In this document: positions 34,144 to 47,705 of the stretch, one piece after another
Layout of the letters: each line of letters opens with the position of its first letter
Position numbering within the stretch: position 1 is the stretch's first letter
DNA from: Marsupella aquatica
Lineage: Eukaryota; Plantae; Marchantiophyta
Length of the DNA: 64,000 nt
NCBI GenBank assembly: GCA_973895155.1
Contig: OZ316899.1
Coordinates: forward strand, 14,883,934-14,947,933
Reading direction: 5' to 3'
Position numbers and translations under genes: made by a program
The notes under the pieces: generated by a model
Seen by the model: the letters and a program-made list of their open reading frames with translations, nothing else
Databases searched by the model: none
What the model was told of the DNA's origin: nothing

Positions 34144-35171
34144 TGTAAAGAGTGTAGTTAAATGACAACTCCCTGTACTTTAATTTAACTTGGAGGAATG
34201 TTCGGCCATAATTCCATAATTGCTCAGCACGACAGACTACAATAATTACTAAGTTTTGAAATGGATAAAATGTAAGCCAAAGATTTCATTGGAGATCTGA
34301 CTTTTTGTGCCATATATTTGAAATGGATTCAAGCCAAGCCAAAGATCTCATTGAGATATGACTTTTCTACCATATAGACAAATGATGTGGACACTTCTGA
34401 TAAAACATTTAGAGGCCGATTGATAAAAATTTAGAGCCCATAAACAATGGATGGGAATCACTCAATTCACAAGGAAAACTTGGTTTTGTTTGATTTTTCA
34501 ATGAAAACCCATCTATAGATTTCATTGATACTTAAGGGCCCTATGGAGAAAGTTTCTTACAAAACATTTGGAGCTCACTTTGAGTGATTTCACATTAACA
34601 TGGAGAGATACACATAGTGTACCTCCCACTACAATTTTTTTATTTAACAGTCGTAGATTTCAATTACCTTAACATTTAAATCTGGTGTCGTTTACTTCCA
34701 CGCCGAGCTCCCCTATGATCCAGGTCTGGAACAACAATCCAAGAAGTATTTAACATGGGGAAACTTGTGGGCAATGAGGAGTGGCATTGGCAAAGGCAAG
34801 GCGTTAAGCTGATAACCCACTAAGGACTTAGACTAGCTAAGGACTGGTAGGGTCAAAGGGAAAGGGCCAGGCTCAAGGTCAACCGTCCAGATCTCCGAAT
34901 GAATTTTGAGTTGGAGGGCTTGAGCGAGGGCTCCTCTTCGACCCAAGGCAAATGGATTTTACTCCATGGGCAACGGACCCTTGGGGCACAAATTACAACT
35001 CGATCCAGGTTTGGCCAGTCGAGGGTCCTGAGCGACAATAGGACCTGAAGGCTTAGGCACTGGGTTGGCCCGATCACAACGGGCTAAGGCATTCCGTGTG
35101 CGGACGCCTAACTAGAAAGTTATGGGCATTGCCAGTTGAAACGCGCCCACCCTCTTAATCTCATCTGGGTC

Positions 35172-35860
35172 TAGGGATGCCATGGGTTCTCAGGATTTGC
35201 GGAGGCCATCTCGCCCGCTTGCCAAATCTTGTCGAAACAACAGCCAAGCCGTGTTTAGTCTCCCAAGGGAGCTTGCATTGGGGAGGCAAGGCCAAGTGAG
35301 CATGGAGGTTGAGTTCCATGGGCAATTGGCCCCTAGACCATCAGGGGAGCAAGAACCGGGAGTTGGTTGCTAGAGTGGGGTCATTCCGGTCCCGATGTCT
35401 TGGGACAAGCTTTAGGACAAGCTACACTATTTGGGCCATGACCGTCCGGGGGGCAGGGCGGTCAGTTGTTGATAGATAGGGACAAGGGGAAACCCGGGCT
35501 ACGCCCAAGGAAGGAGCTGTTCTAGACGAACAGTGTGCATCGGTTCTAGTTCCGGCTTATGGCATCAGGAGGACCTATCGCTGACCTACTTACCAATGTC
35601 TGTTGAGCTTGAGTTATGATGTTAGACTTGGGAGATCTAGATTCTTATGGGTTACTTACCAAACTGCTTGGTTGCTTGTGCAAATAGTGAAGACCGTTGA
35701 GGGACTGTCGTGCTAGAGAGCAAGTGCAATTTTGTATGGGAGGGGTTGTAGGTGGTGTTGAGGGCACCAAGTCACTTGCTCAAGGAGTTCCATGGAGGCA
35801 TTGGGCATCAAGGGCACATAGGCGTGGGTGCTGAGGGCGCTAGGTGGCAAGGTCCACCAC
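35172..35860 (+). repeat. Dispersed non-coding repeat, probable LTR remnant
   Basis: Collinear with 59108-59797 over ~690 bp (e.g. TGGGACAAGCTTTAGGACAAGCTAC shared). Confidence 0.75.
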
Positions 35861-38499
35861 TTTAACAAACCAAAAGTTACACACTCTTTCCCAGTGGACT
35901 CAAACTTTTAGGTTCCCTCCCAATGGACCTCTGGGCCCATCTCCTAACAAGTATACCACACAGTTCTGGTTCACTGCGTATCTTGTGGACACCATGGTTG
36001 GTCATGTTTTGTAGGCCATCAATAATGTCAAAGTTCACAAGCGTCATAGCCCTTGGCCGCAATTGAGGGTCGTAGTGCCGCAACACCATGGCTTCCTAGT
36101 TTTGTTGAATACAATATGACTATTGTATTCAAAACTACAATTAAACAAGTTTGCGGTAGCATTTGCGTGCCTTTGTGCCCCGACCTCAAAGTATTTCAAA
36201 ATACATTCTCTCTTTAGTATTCAAGATACAAAGGGAAATAGTTTACAAATGCATTGGAGCTTGCAAGGGCCGTACCTCCCCCAACCTCCTTGCTTTTATG
36301 AAGACATGTCATCATGTTACAATATGTATACAATGACATCAATGTTTATGTGCGGAAGATTGGACTTTAGCTTGGACTCTCAAATCACATTTGGACTTAA
36401 CGCATTTTATGAGAAAAAGAAATGTCCAAACAGTCTAATGGCACCTTCTTCAGCAGTTCTACCATCCAATATCCTAGGGGGCTTGAAAGAATAGGGTACT
36501 TTGACTTCACAAACATCACCTCTAGGTCCACAAATGCATTGAGTCATTGTCCTCCATGCTTGACACTTCCCTCTAAGCGTATTGTACACGTTAGGGGAGT
36601 GGAAACACTCATGACCCTACCATGCGAGCTCACGCGCAGAGCATGTGCATAAAAAACAGTTGTGTAGAATGAAAGGAACGTGCAAAAGTTCTGTAACATG
36701 TCAGTGATTTGGCAAGTCCTCTTAATACATTGTCTATAATGTATTATGTTCAAGAAAGTTAAATATGCTTATATCTTGAACTGAATACATTATGGACAAT
36801 GTATTAAGAGGAGGACTTGCCAAATCCTAAGTTGTTTAAGTATATATAATCTGATACATGTTTTATACATTGATGTAATGTGTACACTGGTTTATATATG
36901 TTGTGGTCGCACTATGCCTTGTTCATCCAACATTGTGGTCCTTGTGTACAATGATGTCAATGTATACATGATCTAACTGTGAGGCTCTATGTTGTTGTGC
37001 AGCCTCACGGGGTATGCTTTGTTTGACATTACGGTTGATGTTTGTATTCATTGTGGTCAATGTATACATTGATTCACTATAAACTATGATTGTAGTCAAC
37101 CGCATTCGGCGATGCGGTCAAACATTGAAGAACAGTAGAACATGTTGTGTTTTATAGTGACAATCTCCCGTTATAAAATCTGCATAGTGCGTTAGAAGAG
37201 CATCTCACACAAAATGGAGGTCCATTAGGAGAGTGTGCAACTTTTGGTCTGTTAAGTAAAAACTTTGCATTTGGAGGTCCATGAAGTATAGCTCTCCATT
37301 ACCATGCTTGATTACAAACTGAAAGAATTATATTTTCAATAAAAATAATGTAATTGTTCCTGTTTGTCCCTGCCCATCCCCGTGGACTGCATAAAGCCAT
37401 TGTTGCTTTTGCACCAAAAGAAAAAAGTATTATCTTGGAGAGAAAGTAATCAAGACCTCATGGTGATCAGAGTAATGACATGTCAAATTCAATAATTGAT
37501 TCAATAAGAGAAAAGTACTCGCAAGACTGAGAGGGGACGCGGAGGCGCTGACTTGTGCTCTCTCTCGAGAGAGCTTGGAATCCTCCACACTTGGATCAAG
37601 TGTGGTCTTTGCTTCCCAAGGGGGAAGATTTTGATACGCATGAGACATCGCTTGCGAATGAACCCAATCTTGCTCACTCTCGACATTTCCACATTTGGGA
37701 TGGCTCGGGAGATTTTTTGAAGATTTTAGGGTAGTTTTGTGTGCAGGAGAAGGGCGTCGAGCTTTGTATACACAGCCACGAGTGGTGTGGGATCGGAGGT
37801 GGTTACTCGCTGGTGAACTTTTACCTTTGTGATGGATGCTGGCAAAGGAGAGTTTTAACTGTTACACATTGGTGGTTTATCTGTGTGAGTCGGTGAGATT
37901 CGGTTCTGGGCTCGGATATAACCGAGAGTGGCGGAAAGTGAGGAGTGAATGGGCCAGGAGAGGAGATAGATGTGTAAGCGGACGGATGGTAGAGGGGATA
38001 GAGAGGACCAATCTCCCTGTTTTGGCTGAGCAGGCGGATTGAAGTGGCCAAAATGGTCTCTTCCGGAGGGACTGAGCCCGGAAATTCAAGGGAAGGTAAT
38101 TGCATACGGAGGGTGAGGGGAGGCCTATGAGCTGAACGGGGATTGTAAGTGGCTCGGACACAGTGGGGCGTCCTTGACAATCAAGGCTTTGTCACGGACG
38201 GAGGGGAGACCTTTTGATGCCACCCACCGGCTTTGATTATCTGGGCTGGAGCGGCGAGATGATTCTGGATGAATGAGTGGCAGCAAGAGGAGGGAGATTT
38301 GGGACGAGCTGTGAACTGTTTTAACGCTGCTACCTGCGAAAATAAGGGTGGGCGGGCATACACATTGGAGAAAAGGAGGACTGACCTTGGTGCGCTTTGG
38401 AGGTGGGGATGGCTGGAGAGCCTGCGGGATTTCGCGCAATTGTCTGATCTTTAGGTGAGTATAAGAAGACCTTGACTCCTTTCTTCCTTATTGGTTGCT

Positions 38500-40692
38500 A
38501 TGGTTGTAGAGTCAACGAAGGCCGATTGTATCATGGAGGAACAGGGGATCGACTATTATGGACCCTCGAGCCGCAGGAGCGCGCGGGGGGGACGTCTGGC
38601 TGGTGGACAGGTTGATCAGAGAACGTAGGGGGAGACGGATGCTAGGATTGAGGCAAGGGGGGTGCCCGGTGAAGCTGTGGGGAGATCACCTGCGCAGGGT
38701 GTTATGGCCGGTGGAGCTGCATTGGGGTTCTTTGCACAAGATGCGCGCTCTGGAAGGAACAACCTGAATTTGGATGCGACAAATGTAGCCCGATCTCAGA
38801 TGTACTCTTTGGGTGGGAATGCGCGCCCGGCAATGGGACCTGGACCTGCGTTTCCGTCGGCAAGGGGAATGGAATTGCCTCGGACCATGCTGGAGAAGGA
38901 GGGAGCTGAGGTGAATGATGGCGACTCGTTGCCCTGGGGGCGTGACGCACCTGGAAGAAGGGCGAATGCTGTTAACCAGGAGGCAACGGTGGGGAGCGAG
39001 GTGCCACAAGAAAATGTGGAGATGCAGGACGCGTCAGTGGAGGTTGAAGAATCGGAAGAGTGTATCAGGACCCTGCAAGAGATTGCAATCAGGTCCAAAG
39101 GCGATCTTGACAAGCGGCTCTTTGCAGAAGTGGAATGGAATCTACCAGAAGCAGCTCAAAATGTGAGGCAACTGTATAATTGCGCTCTTATTTGCTACTT
39201 CATGGGAAGAACGCCGCTCCTCACGGATTTTAGAGAATGGGTCGACGAAGTGATGACAAACCAGGAGGGATGGCCTGTACTTCAGGTTAAATTTGTAGGG
39301 AAGAACTTTTACATGATTGTTTTTGAGGATCCTAATCATAGAGATTTGGCACTCAACTACACACCCTGGTTTATGGAGAGACGATTTATATACACGTTTC
39401 CATGGGATCCATCCTTTGACGTTAAATGTGAGAACTTCACTAAACTCCCTATTTGGATCGAGATCCCGTTTAGGGACCTGGTGCTAGAAGGCTGCAGAAG
39501 AAAGATCGCTTGCTCTTTAGGGACTCTGCTGTACTACATACAGGGGAACAAATTCAGTTCTTATCCCCACGGTTGAGCTTGCATTCTTTGGGACACGGAT
39601 AGGGAAGTCCCTGCCAGTGTCAAGATCCAAATTCGTGATGACATTATAATATGGCAACCTGTGACGTTTAAAAATATCCCCTACCATTGCTTTCGATGCA
39701 ACAAAAGAGGTCACCTGGCCCGGGAATGTAAAGAAATCTTAGAGACGGCTGGTGCTCTAAGGACGGGACCAGACCCGCCGGACGAGAAAGACGATGAGAG
39801 ACACTCTGAGGCTGATCAGGAGGAGGTGCTGAGAGCCAAAGCTAATGCTGAAGCACGTGCTCTTTTTCGGGGAGCCACAATGTCTCCCGTGCGGGTGATA
39901 CCCTTTTCAGTGGAGGAGGATATTGCTCAGGTGGAGTCGCTATTAGTTAATCCGGAACCTGGGGTGCTGGCGGTGCGGAGCTCTATTCCGCAACTGATGG
40001 TGAGCCCGGAATTGAGGGTGGAGGATTTTGCGTCGGGAGCCGGGGTGAGTAGGGGGGAGTTGCTCCGGTCTCCTGGGCTGGTTGGCTGCATTGGGGACTC
40101 ACAAGATTTAGCGGTGGCTAGGATTCCACTGTTGGCTGAGGTTGTCCCATCACTTGGGAGACGGATCACTATGAGAAATTCAGCAGACAACGGAATAGAT
40201 AGCCTTACTACTCCCAATTCGCGCGATGGAAATGATGAGACCTTCTCTTTTCACGAGGAATCGGATGCTGAGATGTCTGAATATGAAGCTTATATTTCAC
40301 ACAGCAAATTCAAAGCGAGGGCCCGCAAGCAAGAACTTCGCACACCACCTTCTGAAAAGACTGAGAAGGCCAAAGGAGAGGCCAAGAAGCAAAGATCAAT
40401 TAGATTCTCACGTGGTGCTTTGTCTGATGCAGGCAGTGCGGAGGGTATTGCGCTGGACAAGAGACTGCTATGCACCCTTCCTAGCAGGAGTGATAGTGAT
40501 GCGCTGGTCCAGGGGATTGCTCCGTTAGGTGGTGGAGTGGTGAATCTGGCCTCCCCCATGCGTGTCTCTCCTGCAGGCTCTATAAATGGATATATGAGTG
40601 GACCTATGGGCCGGGATGTGATGGGGATGTCCCCTGGGGGACGTCATAGATTAGGAGACGCAAGGAAGGGAGGTGGTTGTGCCAGGACTTAA
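38500..40692 (+). pseudogene. LINE ORF1 (DUF4283/RRM-like region plus CCHC knuckle), two in-frame stops
   Basis: Single frame from ATG 38500; VKFVGKNFYMIVF, PWFM, FPWDPSF, LPIWIEIP, CFRCNKRGHLAREC. Confidence 0.85.
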
Positions 40693-40716
40693 ATTTATCT
40701 TTGGCATAGCAGGAGG

Positions 40717-41982
40717 ATGGACGGAAGGCTCAGAGTAGCATCTTGGAACGTTTGTGGAGTTTGCGAGCCCAACCGTAAGCATATTGTTAAGAATTGGGTA
40801 AGATCTCTGAAGGTACCTCTTGGGATTCTGGCCCTTCAAGAAGTTAAAACTGATCAATTTAGACTTGATATGGCTCTGCGGGCTATTCTCCCTTCATATC
40901 AGCACTTTTCTTCTGAGCCAGACGGAGGAAGGGGAGGAACGGCTCTTCTAGTACACCCAGAACTGAGGGTGGTGGGCTCGGGAACACTGGATATGGGGAG
41001 GGCAGTATGGGCGGTGGTCGAGAAGGGAACGGTGACATTTGGAATTGCATGTATATATGCTCCCAATTCAGCGAGACTAAGGGCGCTGCTAAGGAATGAT
41101 CTTAAGGTGATGTTGCCACACAACGACTGGGTGTTGTGTGGCGACTTCAATATGACAAAACGCAGAACGGACTCAACAAGTACATCGTCGCTGATCCGAG
41201 GTAGAGAGGCTGAGTTTTGGATATTTTTGAAGATGAGATTCAATTTGACAGACGCGTGGGACATTAGGGGAGGTGCTACAGGCCCACGCTTCACATGGAG
41301 GAGGAATAGGATTGGAGCGATGTCACAATCGTGACTTGACAGGATTTACGTTAGTGAAAGGGGAGAATGGCTTTGAGAGGTGGAACTCTTACATGACGGG
41401 GGCTCGGCCCTCTCGGATCATGATCCAGTAATACTGAATGTGCGGCTCTCTGGACTGACAGAGACGGTGGAGAGAGGCAAAGTGAGATTGTTCATGGCCA
41501 ACCCGGCGTTTCTAAGAAGAAGGGAGGACATTCTGCGGTTGGAAGCTGCTTGGAGGGTGGGACGGGGAGATTTTGTGGACCCGTGGCTGCGCTTTGCTAA
41601 GGGCAGCTGGAAAATGCGTCAAACACTAAAGGAGATACAACCCAACCAAGGATGACTGAGATGGAGATGGCTGCGCAGCGAGCTCAGCTGCGTGTACTTA
41701 AGATGGCCATTATAGAGCACCATTCAGAGGGTGACATTGCAGAATTCATGGACGTGGAGGACACTCTACATGCCTCTGAGCTAGAGGAAGCGCACAGAGG
41801 AAGACGGCTAGCCAGAATTAAGTGGCTAAGTGAAGGAGACGAATCAACGAAGTTTTTCTTTGCCACAGTGAAGGCTAAACGATCTCGTGAGTCTATGCCT
41901 TCATTGAGTAGGGAGGACGGGAGTACAGTATCTGACCCTGGGGGAATCCTGAAGGAGGTGGAAAGGTTCTGCCAAGCACTAT
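40717..41982 (+). pseudogene. LINE ORF2 N-terminal AP endonuclease and linker
   Basis: SWNVCG, LALQEVK, CIYAPN, LCGDFN, S*LDRIY, LSDHDPV, WLSEGDESTKFFF. Confidence 0.9.
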
Positions 41983-44421
41983 TGTGACGCCAATGACATG
42001 CTCCTTATTCTATAATCTGAGTAAGTAGGTTGCTGTATGCAAGGAGTAGCTATTGATATTGCATAACAATTAGCAAGATGGCAAGAATAAGGGCAATCAT
42101 GGCGTTGAGTAGGGAAATAAAAGCTATGTCGCGGGTGGTTGCCGACCATATCTCTTTCAATATGTCACCAAATCCGGATCTATAAAGAGCATTGGAAATA
42201 TCTGGTCAAGGCGAGTAAAATCGATATAAAACACTCTCAAAACGGAGGTGTATTAGGAAAGATATGATCTTATTAGTGTGACGGGTTAGTGTGTAACCCT
42301 GGATAGCGGATACGGATAGAGGTTAGCGGACACGGATAGCGGATACGGATAGAGGTTAGCGGACACGGATAGCGGATACGGATAGAGGTTAGCGGACACA
42401 AATAGCGGATATGGATAGAGGTTAGCGGATACAGATACCAGATAGTGGCTAATGGCTAGCGGATTTAGATTGGGGTTAGACTAAACCCGGGACAACGGAT
42501 AGCGGACAACGGACACGGACAACGGATACGGACAACTGACACGGACAACGGACACGGATAGCGGACACGGACACGGATAGTGGCTTAGCCCGAGGCCACG
42601 GGTTAACTCTTCTAAGGTTAGATAGGATAGCTAGGCTAGCCAAACTCGGGTTAGCTATGTAACTCGGGTTAGCGTAGCAATGAGTACCCCCTCTCGGTTG
42701 CGGGGGCATAACTTTCTGTGTATTTTTCCAAATCGGCTATAATTGACCTCGTTGGAAAGAGGAGCTCAAGCCGCTTCCAATGCTGCTATCCACGCAGCAA
42801 ATGGTTGAATAGAGAAATTGGGAGAGGAGGCGCAAGCTCGCAAAAACCATGGAGGAGGGCCAAATCCGAAGTACATAGCCAATTCGAGATAGAAATAAAG
42901 TTACGAGTTAGGGTTCAGTAGCTGGAGATTGTGGCGGCTGTGTTAGGGCTGGGATGGGGCTCCAGGAGCGTAGTATCCACCCATTTGGGCTCAGTATGAG
43001 AGTATATAGAGCATCCCCCCGGTAGAGGCAAGGAGGGGGGGGACTTCAGTTGTGTGATCTCACTTAGACTGAGCAGCAGGGAGGAGCTCTGTGCAATCAA
43101 GGCTGGACTTGGACGCTGTGTGTTGGGGAGAGCTTGGTTGTGCTATTACTCAGGGAGTAATCAGCCAAGCTTCACAGCTGCAACGGGTTGTTAGGTTTGC
43201 GAGCTGGATTGTGGCTCTTTCTAGTGGGCAGCACAACTGGGTTCTTTTCCCCCGATACAGAGCCTTGGTGATAGGTGATGTATTGGTGATTGTAAACTGT
43301 GGGGAGGATGTCAATTTGATTTGTGGTGAGCACATTAGGGAGGCTGAGATACTGATTGAGGGGCAGCAGAAGGAGCATTTACAGTTTGGTCTGGCAAGGC
43401 TACGTGATCCATGGGGAGTCCCGGCCTTTGTCTGGTGGAGAGCACTAAGGGATTTATGGCCAGGGCTGAGCTTGCAAGGCAATCATGAGGCCGGGCCTCA
43501 TTGCAGTCTGGGGTAGATCGCCGTTAGGCCTGGTACCAGCTTTGAAGTCGAGTCAACTATGCATGCGTAACTGGACGTTCTGAATTGGAGGTGTGAGATC
43601 TGTATGTGCCCCCAAGATTGAAGTGCAGTGAAGGAGGTTGGGTTCAGGATTGAGTTTGCAAGGCAAGTACGGGATTGGTTTGAGTCCAATCTGCCGTCGC
43701 AATCTGGAGTGAGTCGGGCTCAGGTTCAGGATTGAGTTTGCATGGCAAGCATGGGGCTTGCGGGGCAAGCACATCACAATCTGGAGGAGACAGCCTTCGG
43801 CCCTAGTGTTCGGATAAAGTGTTCTCAGTGAACTATTGTGCACATCTTTGAATCTAATTGAGTTTTCCTCTCAGGCCTCATTTCTCTCATGGATGTGTGT
43901 GTGTGAGGCAATCTGAGTGTATGATGGGACTAGCAGCGCCACTGAGAGGTGTACAGGGTGCATTGAAGCGGGCTGGGTGAGGACTATCATAGCTCTGATT
44001 GCTGAGAGTGGAATGGCAGAGTGGTGGGGCAATGGCTTAGAAGTCCCTAAGCCGGGAATCAGTCAGGAGCCACTGGTTTATGGGTACATTCCGGCGGCGG
44101 AATAGAAACATACCTATGACAGTAAGCATATGTATAGACCTATGCGCACCGTAGTGCTAGGCCCTGTGTGTATGGGCCCGATATGAAGACCCCTTCTCAC
44201 CAGAACTATCATGAGCGCAGATCTGATCCCCAACCTTGGTTCCTTGGGATTGAGCTTGGGTGATGTGTGATAGAGTCTTGCTATGATAGTCTGGTGTTAA
44301 GGGCATAAATTGGTGTTTACCGGCCTTCACAACATCCCTTCGTGATCCTCAGGTACAAGGAGATGGTTTTGGCACCCATAGTGACGTTTTTGGTGTTAAG
44401 ACCCATGTCAATCGCGTGACA
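41983..44421 (+). mobile_element. 2439-bp solo LTR (gypsy-type) inserted in LINE ORF2
   Basis: TGTGACGC...CGTGACA; TSD ACTAT/ATTAT; removal restores the frame (ERFCQA-LYLPELQSEAE). Confidence 0.88.
42301..42580 (+). repeat. 33-bp tandem repeat (~4 copies) followed by CGGACA/CGGATA array inside the solo LTR
   Basis: GGATAGCGGATACGGATAGAGGTTAGCGGACAC repeated. Confidence 0.9.
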
Positions 44422-44426
44422 ATTAT

Positions 44427-47080
44427 ACTTGCCTGAGCTGCAATCGGAGGCGGAGTTGGCAGAGGTACGTGTGGCCAGAGACAAACTGCTTGGCAACACG
44501 CGGTTTGCGCTCTCGGGAGCGGTGATTCTGAGGATGGAGAGTCTCCCGTCATACCAAGAGGTGAAGGAGGTGCTGTGGCTCCTGCCTTGCGACAAAACTC
44601 CAGGACCTGATGGCATGACGACTGAGGTCTATAGAGCATGCTGGGAGTTTCTCGGGCAAGATCTGGTGGATATGATACAGGAGTTCTGGCTTACAGGTGC
44701 TCTGGACGCTGGCATTTGTGAAGAGATTGTGAAGTTCATACCCAAGAAACCTGACAAAAGATTCTTAAGGGACTGGCGCCCCTTGACAATGTTAAATACG
44801 ATTTACAAGCTCATTGCCAAGATCCTCCCTATTTGGCTCAAACCGATTCTACACATGATTATCAGCCCACAACAGACTGGATTTATACCTGGAAGACACA
44901 TCCTTGAAAATATTTCCCTAGCCTGGCTTACCTGCGACTGGGTCCATAACAAAAAGAGAGAGACATTGTTCCTTACACTGGATTTTGAGAAGGCTTTTGA
45001 CCGTGTTTCACATGACTACTTATGGGAATGCATGCACCTCCTGGGTATCAACGGACGCTTCACTATGCTGGTCAGGGCACTGCTGGCACAGGCGTCTTCC
45101 AGAGCCTTGGTGAACGGATTACTATCTAACACATTTGAGCTTAAACGAGGAGTAAGACAAGGCTGCCCACTGTCACCATTGTTGTTTGTCATCTCCACGC
45201 AACCTCTTATGGACTTTCTTGAAACTGAGATGGCGGAGGGCAGACTTAGAGGCTTATAGATCACCCCGGGATTCACTATCTGCTATAGACTGTTTGCGGA
45301 TGATGTTGGAATGTTTGTCCCAGCCACAGAGTGCGCCTTTGAGGAAGCAACCACTGCTCTCAAATGCTATGAGAAGGCGAGTGGGGCCTGACTGAATCTG
45401 AAGAAATCCGTGGTGATTCCATTGTCAATGGAACGGATCCTTGAGTGGCTGAATAACACGGGCTGCCTTATCAGTCAAAGCGGTGAGATGCAGAAATACC
45501 TGGGGGCACCATTGGGTGAGAACTTGAGCACGGAACAACTGCACAAATTCTGCCTTGATAAGAGTTGTGCCAGGCTTTCAGTTTGGTCCAACAAACTCCT
45601 TTCCTTTACTGGCCGTTCACTACTGGTCAAACAGGTACTACTTGCTATTCCGATCTACCGTGTCATGTATTGCAAGGTGTCCGTTGGCCTGGCGAAGAAG
45701 ATAATTGCTTTGAGCAGAGAATTTTTATGGGGATACAATGCCACAAGTGGACGGAAGGTCCCCCTGGTGGCCTGGGATCGGATGGCTTTGCCACGTGTGG
45801 AGGGGGGGCTGGGATTCCGGGACTTCCGCTGTCACTCTGATGCATTGCTCTCTCAGTGGTTTACTAAGGCACTTAACACGCCTGAGACGGAATGGTCTAG
45901 GATGCTGGCAGCCAACCTGACCTTGATGGGTTGGATGAACTACAAGATTATTAGGCGCAATGGATACTCCTTTCAGGACCGGCTTCTGTTGTGCATGCCT
46001 CGTTCATTTAGTGGGCTGCCATACACGACTGGTCTCTGGAGAAGCTGGGAGCTAGTGAGAGCCCACTTATCCTTTGATCCTAGCCTGACGTGGCTGCCTT
46101 CCCGGTGGAGCATCATGGATACCCTCAGATGTATGGTTGGCTTTAATTCTCTTCCGAATAAGGCAATCATAGAGATTGCTGCAATTTGTGGCAGGTTGGG
46201 ATTGAGGTCTATTGGTGATGGATGGTCGATGGAGGATGGATGTTGGAAGGACCTCCCGTTACGTTGGCACAACATGCATGGCTTCTCTGAGGAGCATCGA
46301 ACAATGGCACGCTCGTTCTTGGATTGCCTTTGGCGTGCTAATAACTACCGATCTGAGTACTACTTGTATGCCAAGCAATGGAGATGGACAGATCAATCTG
46401 AGCCACTGAAGGACTTCAGAATCAAGAATTGTAGAGTGTATGACTTCTTAAGGCCTAAGAGTTCTTCCCATGACTGCCTCAATAGGATCTGGTCGTTGTC
46501 CTGGCCTGAGATGCGCTGGAATGTGTGCTGGGCCAAGCTTTGGGGGTCTGATCTTCCAATTAGAGGCAAGACCTTTTTTTGGAGGATCATTGTAGGGGGC
46601 CTGTTCACTGGGGCTCGTGCGCTCAGAATGGAGGTTAGTAATGGTGATTGCAAGCTTTGTAATGGCTGGCTTGAAACGATCCCCCACCTGTTTTTCCATT
46701 GTACACATGCTGTCCGCTGCTGGTGCCTCTGTCAGGCTGCGTTGAGGAGTCTGGGTTTGCCAATTGGACAAGGATTGATGGCTCTTTTAGAGGCGGCCTG
46801 CGGGAAGGAGCATGTTCAAGTGGCTCGGATCTTTGTCTTGCATCAAATTCTGTGGCGACTCTGGTTGGGAAGGAACACCCACATGTTTCAGCCAGGGGGG
46901 AGACGTGTGTTTGACTTAGGGCTGGTTCTGAATGAGGCAGCGGAGAATGCGTTTGCTGTTAGTTGGCGCTGCCCCCCGGGCAGGAAGTGCACCCGCCTGA
47001 TTCGGGCCAAGGCATGGATTGATGACCTGCGTAGGGAATGGCTGGGCAGTGGCAGCACTGCTGTCAACTCTTTTGCTTGA
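44427..47080 (+). pseudogene. LINE ORF2 reverse transcriptase and C-terminal zinc finger
   Basis: KTPGPDG, DWRPLTMLN, QTGFIPGR, LDFEKAFD, GVRQGCPLSP, LFADD, KYLGAPL, CKLC...ETIPHLFFHC. Confidence 0.92.
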
Positions 47081-47705
47081 GCATGGTGACCGCGGCTCCG
47101 GGCTGATCTGAATGAACGAGGCCCTCTTATGATGCGCTTTGGCTTGTGTTGGAGACTGGTGTTCCCTTTCCCGCTGTTTTGTGGGCGGGGGGTTGCGTTT
47201 TTTGCGCTGGTTGCGTGTGCCTGTGCGCGGTGTTTTCGGTTTTGTTTTGGTCGCTTGGTCTGGCCTTTTGGTCTGTCTGTTTGCCCTCCCCGTGGGGCTT
47301 TTTGCGGGGGAACCAATAATTATAAAAATGGTCCCATTCCAAGGAATAATTGATTCAATAATGTAATTGACATCGGCTGCAAACATTGCAAGTACATTTC
47401 AATCAAAAATGTAAACAATATTATCTGAGTCAATTTAAATGTTCTAGGAAAATCCATCCAAGCTTTGCCGGTCTATCGGGCCTTCATAGACAAAGTGGAA
47501 GTCCATCTAGCCTTAGTTTTGCAAAACACAAAAAAATCATTTCTTCCAAAAAAAATTAAGGCCCACGTTATCAAAGCAAGAAAAAGTAAAAAAGAGTTTC
47601 TCCCAAAATTCTGAAAGGTCACTTTGAGTGGTCTTCACATTATGTTTAGTTACAAACAGCCACATTGATATTTTTAATTAAAAATAACACAGTTGTTCAT
47701 GTTTC

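Larger units (their letters stand above)
27065..34154. mobile_element. Non-autonomous TIR DNA transposon (TA-flanked, Tc1/mariner/pogo-like), ~1.35 kb, split by copia insertion
   Basis: TA|CACTCTTTACAGT ... ACTGTAAAGAGTG|TA; subterminal GTGTCACAC motifs; decayed coding fragment 33204-33520. Confidence 0.6.
37508..47344 (+). mobile_element. Full-length L1-clade LINE, degenerate, interrupted by solo LTR 41983-44421
   Basis: 17-bp TSD AATAATTGATTCAATAA at 37491-37507 and 47345-47361; ~1-kb 5' UTR, ORF1, ORF2. Confidence 0.85.

Noticed and set aside
36100-37400. Possible decayed transposase on the minus strand
   Set aside because: No motif I could identify with confidence; no termini found.
42301-42433. 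CRISPR-like repeat array
   Set aside because: Contiguous 33-bp tandem units with no unique spacers, inside a eukaryotic LTR, no cas genes.
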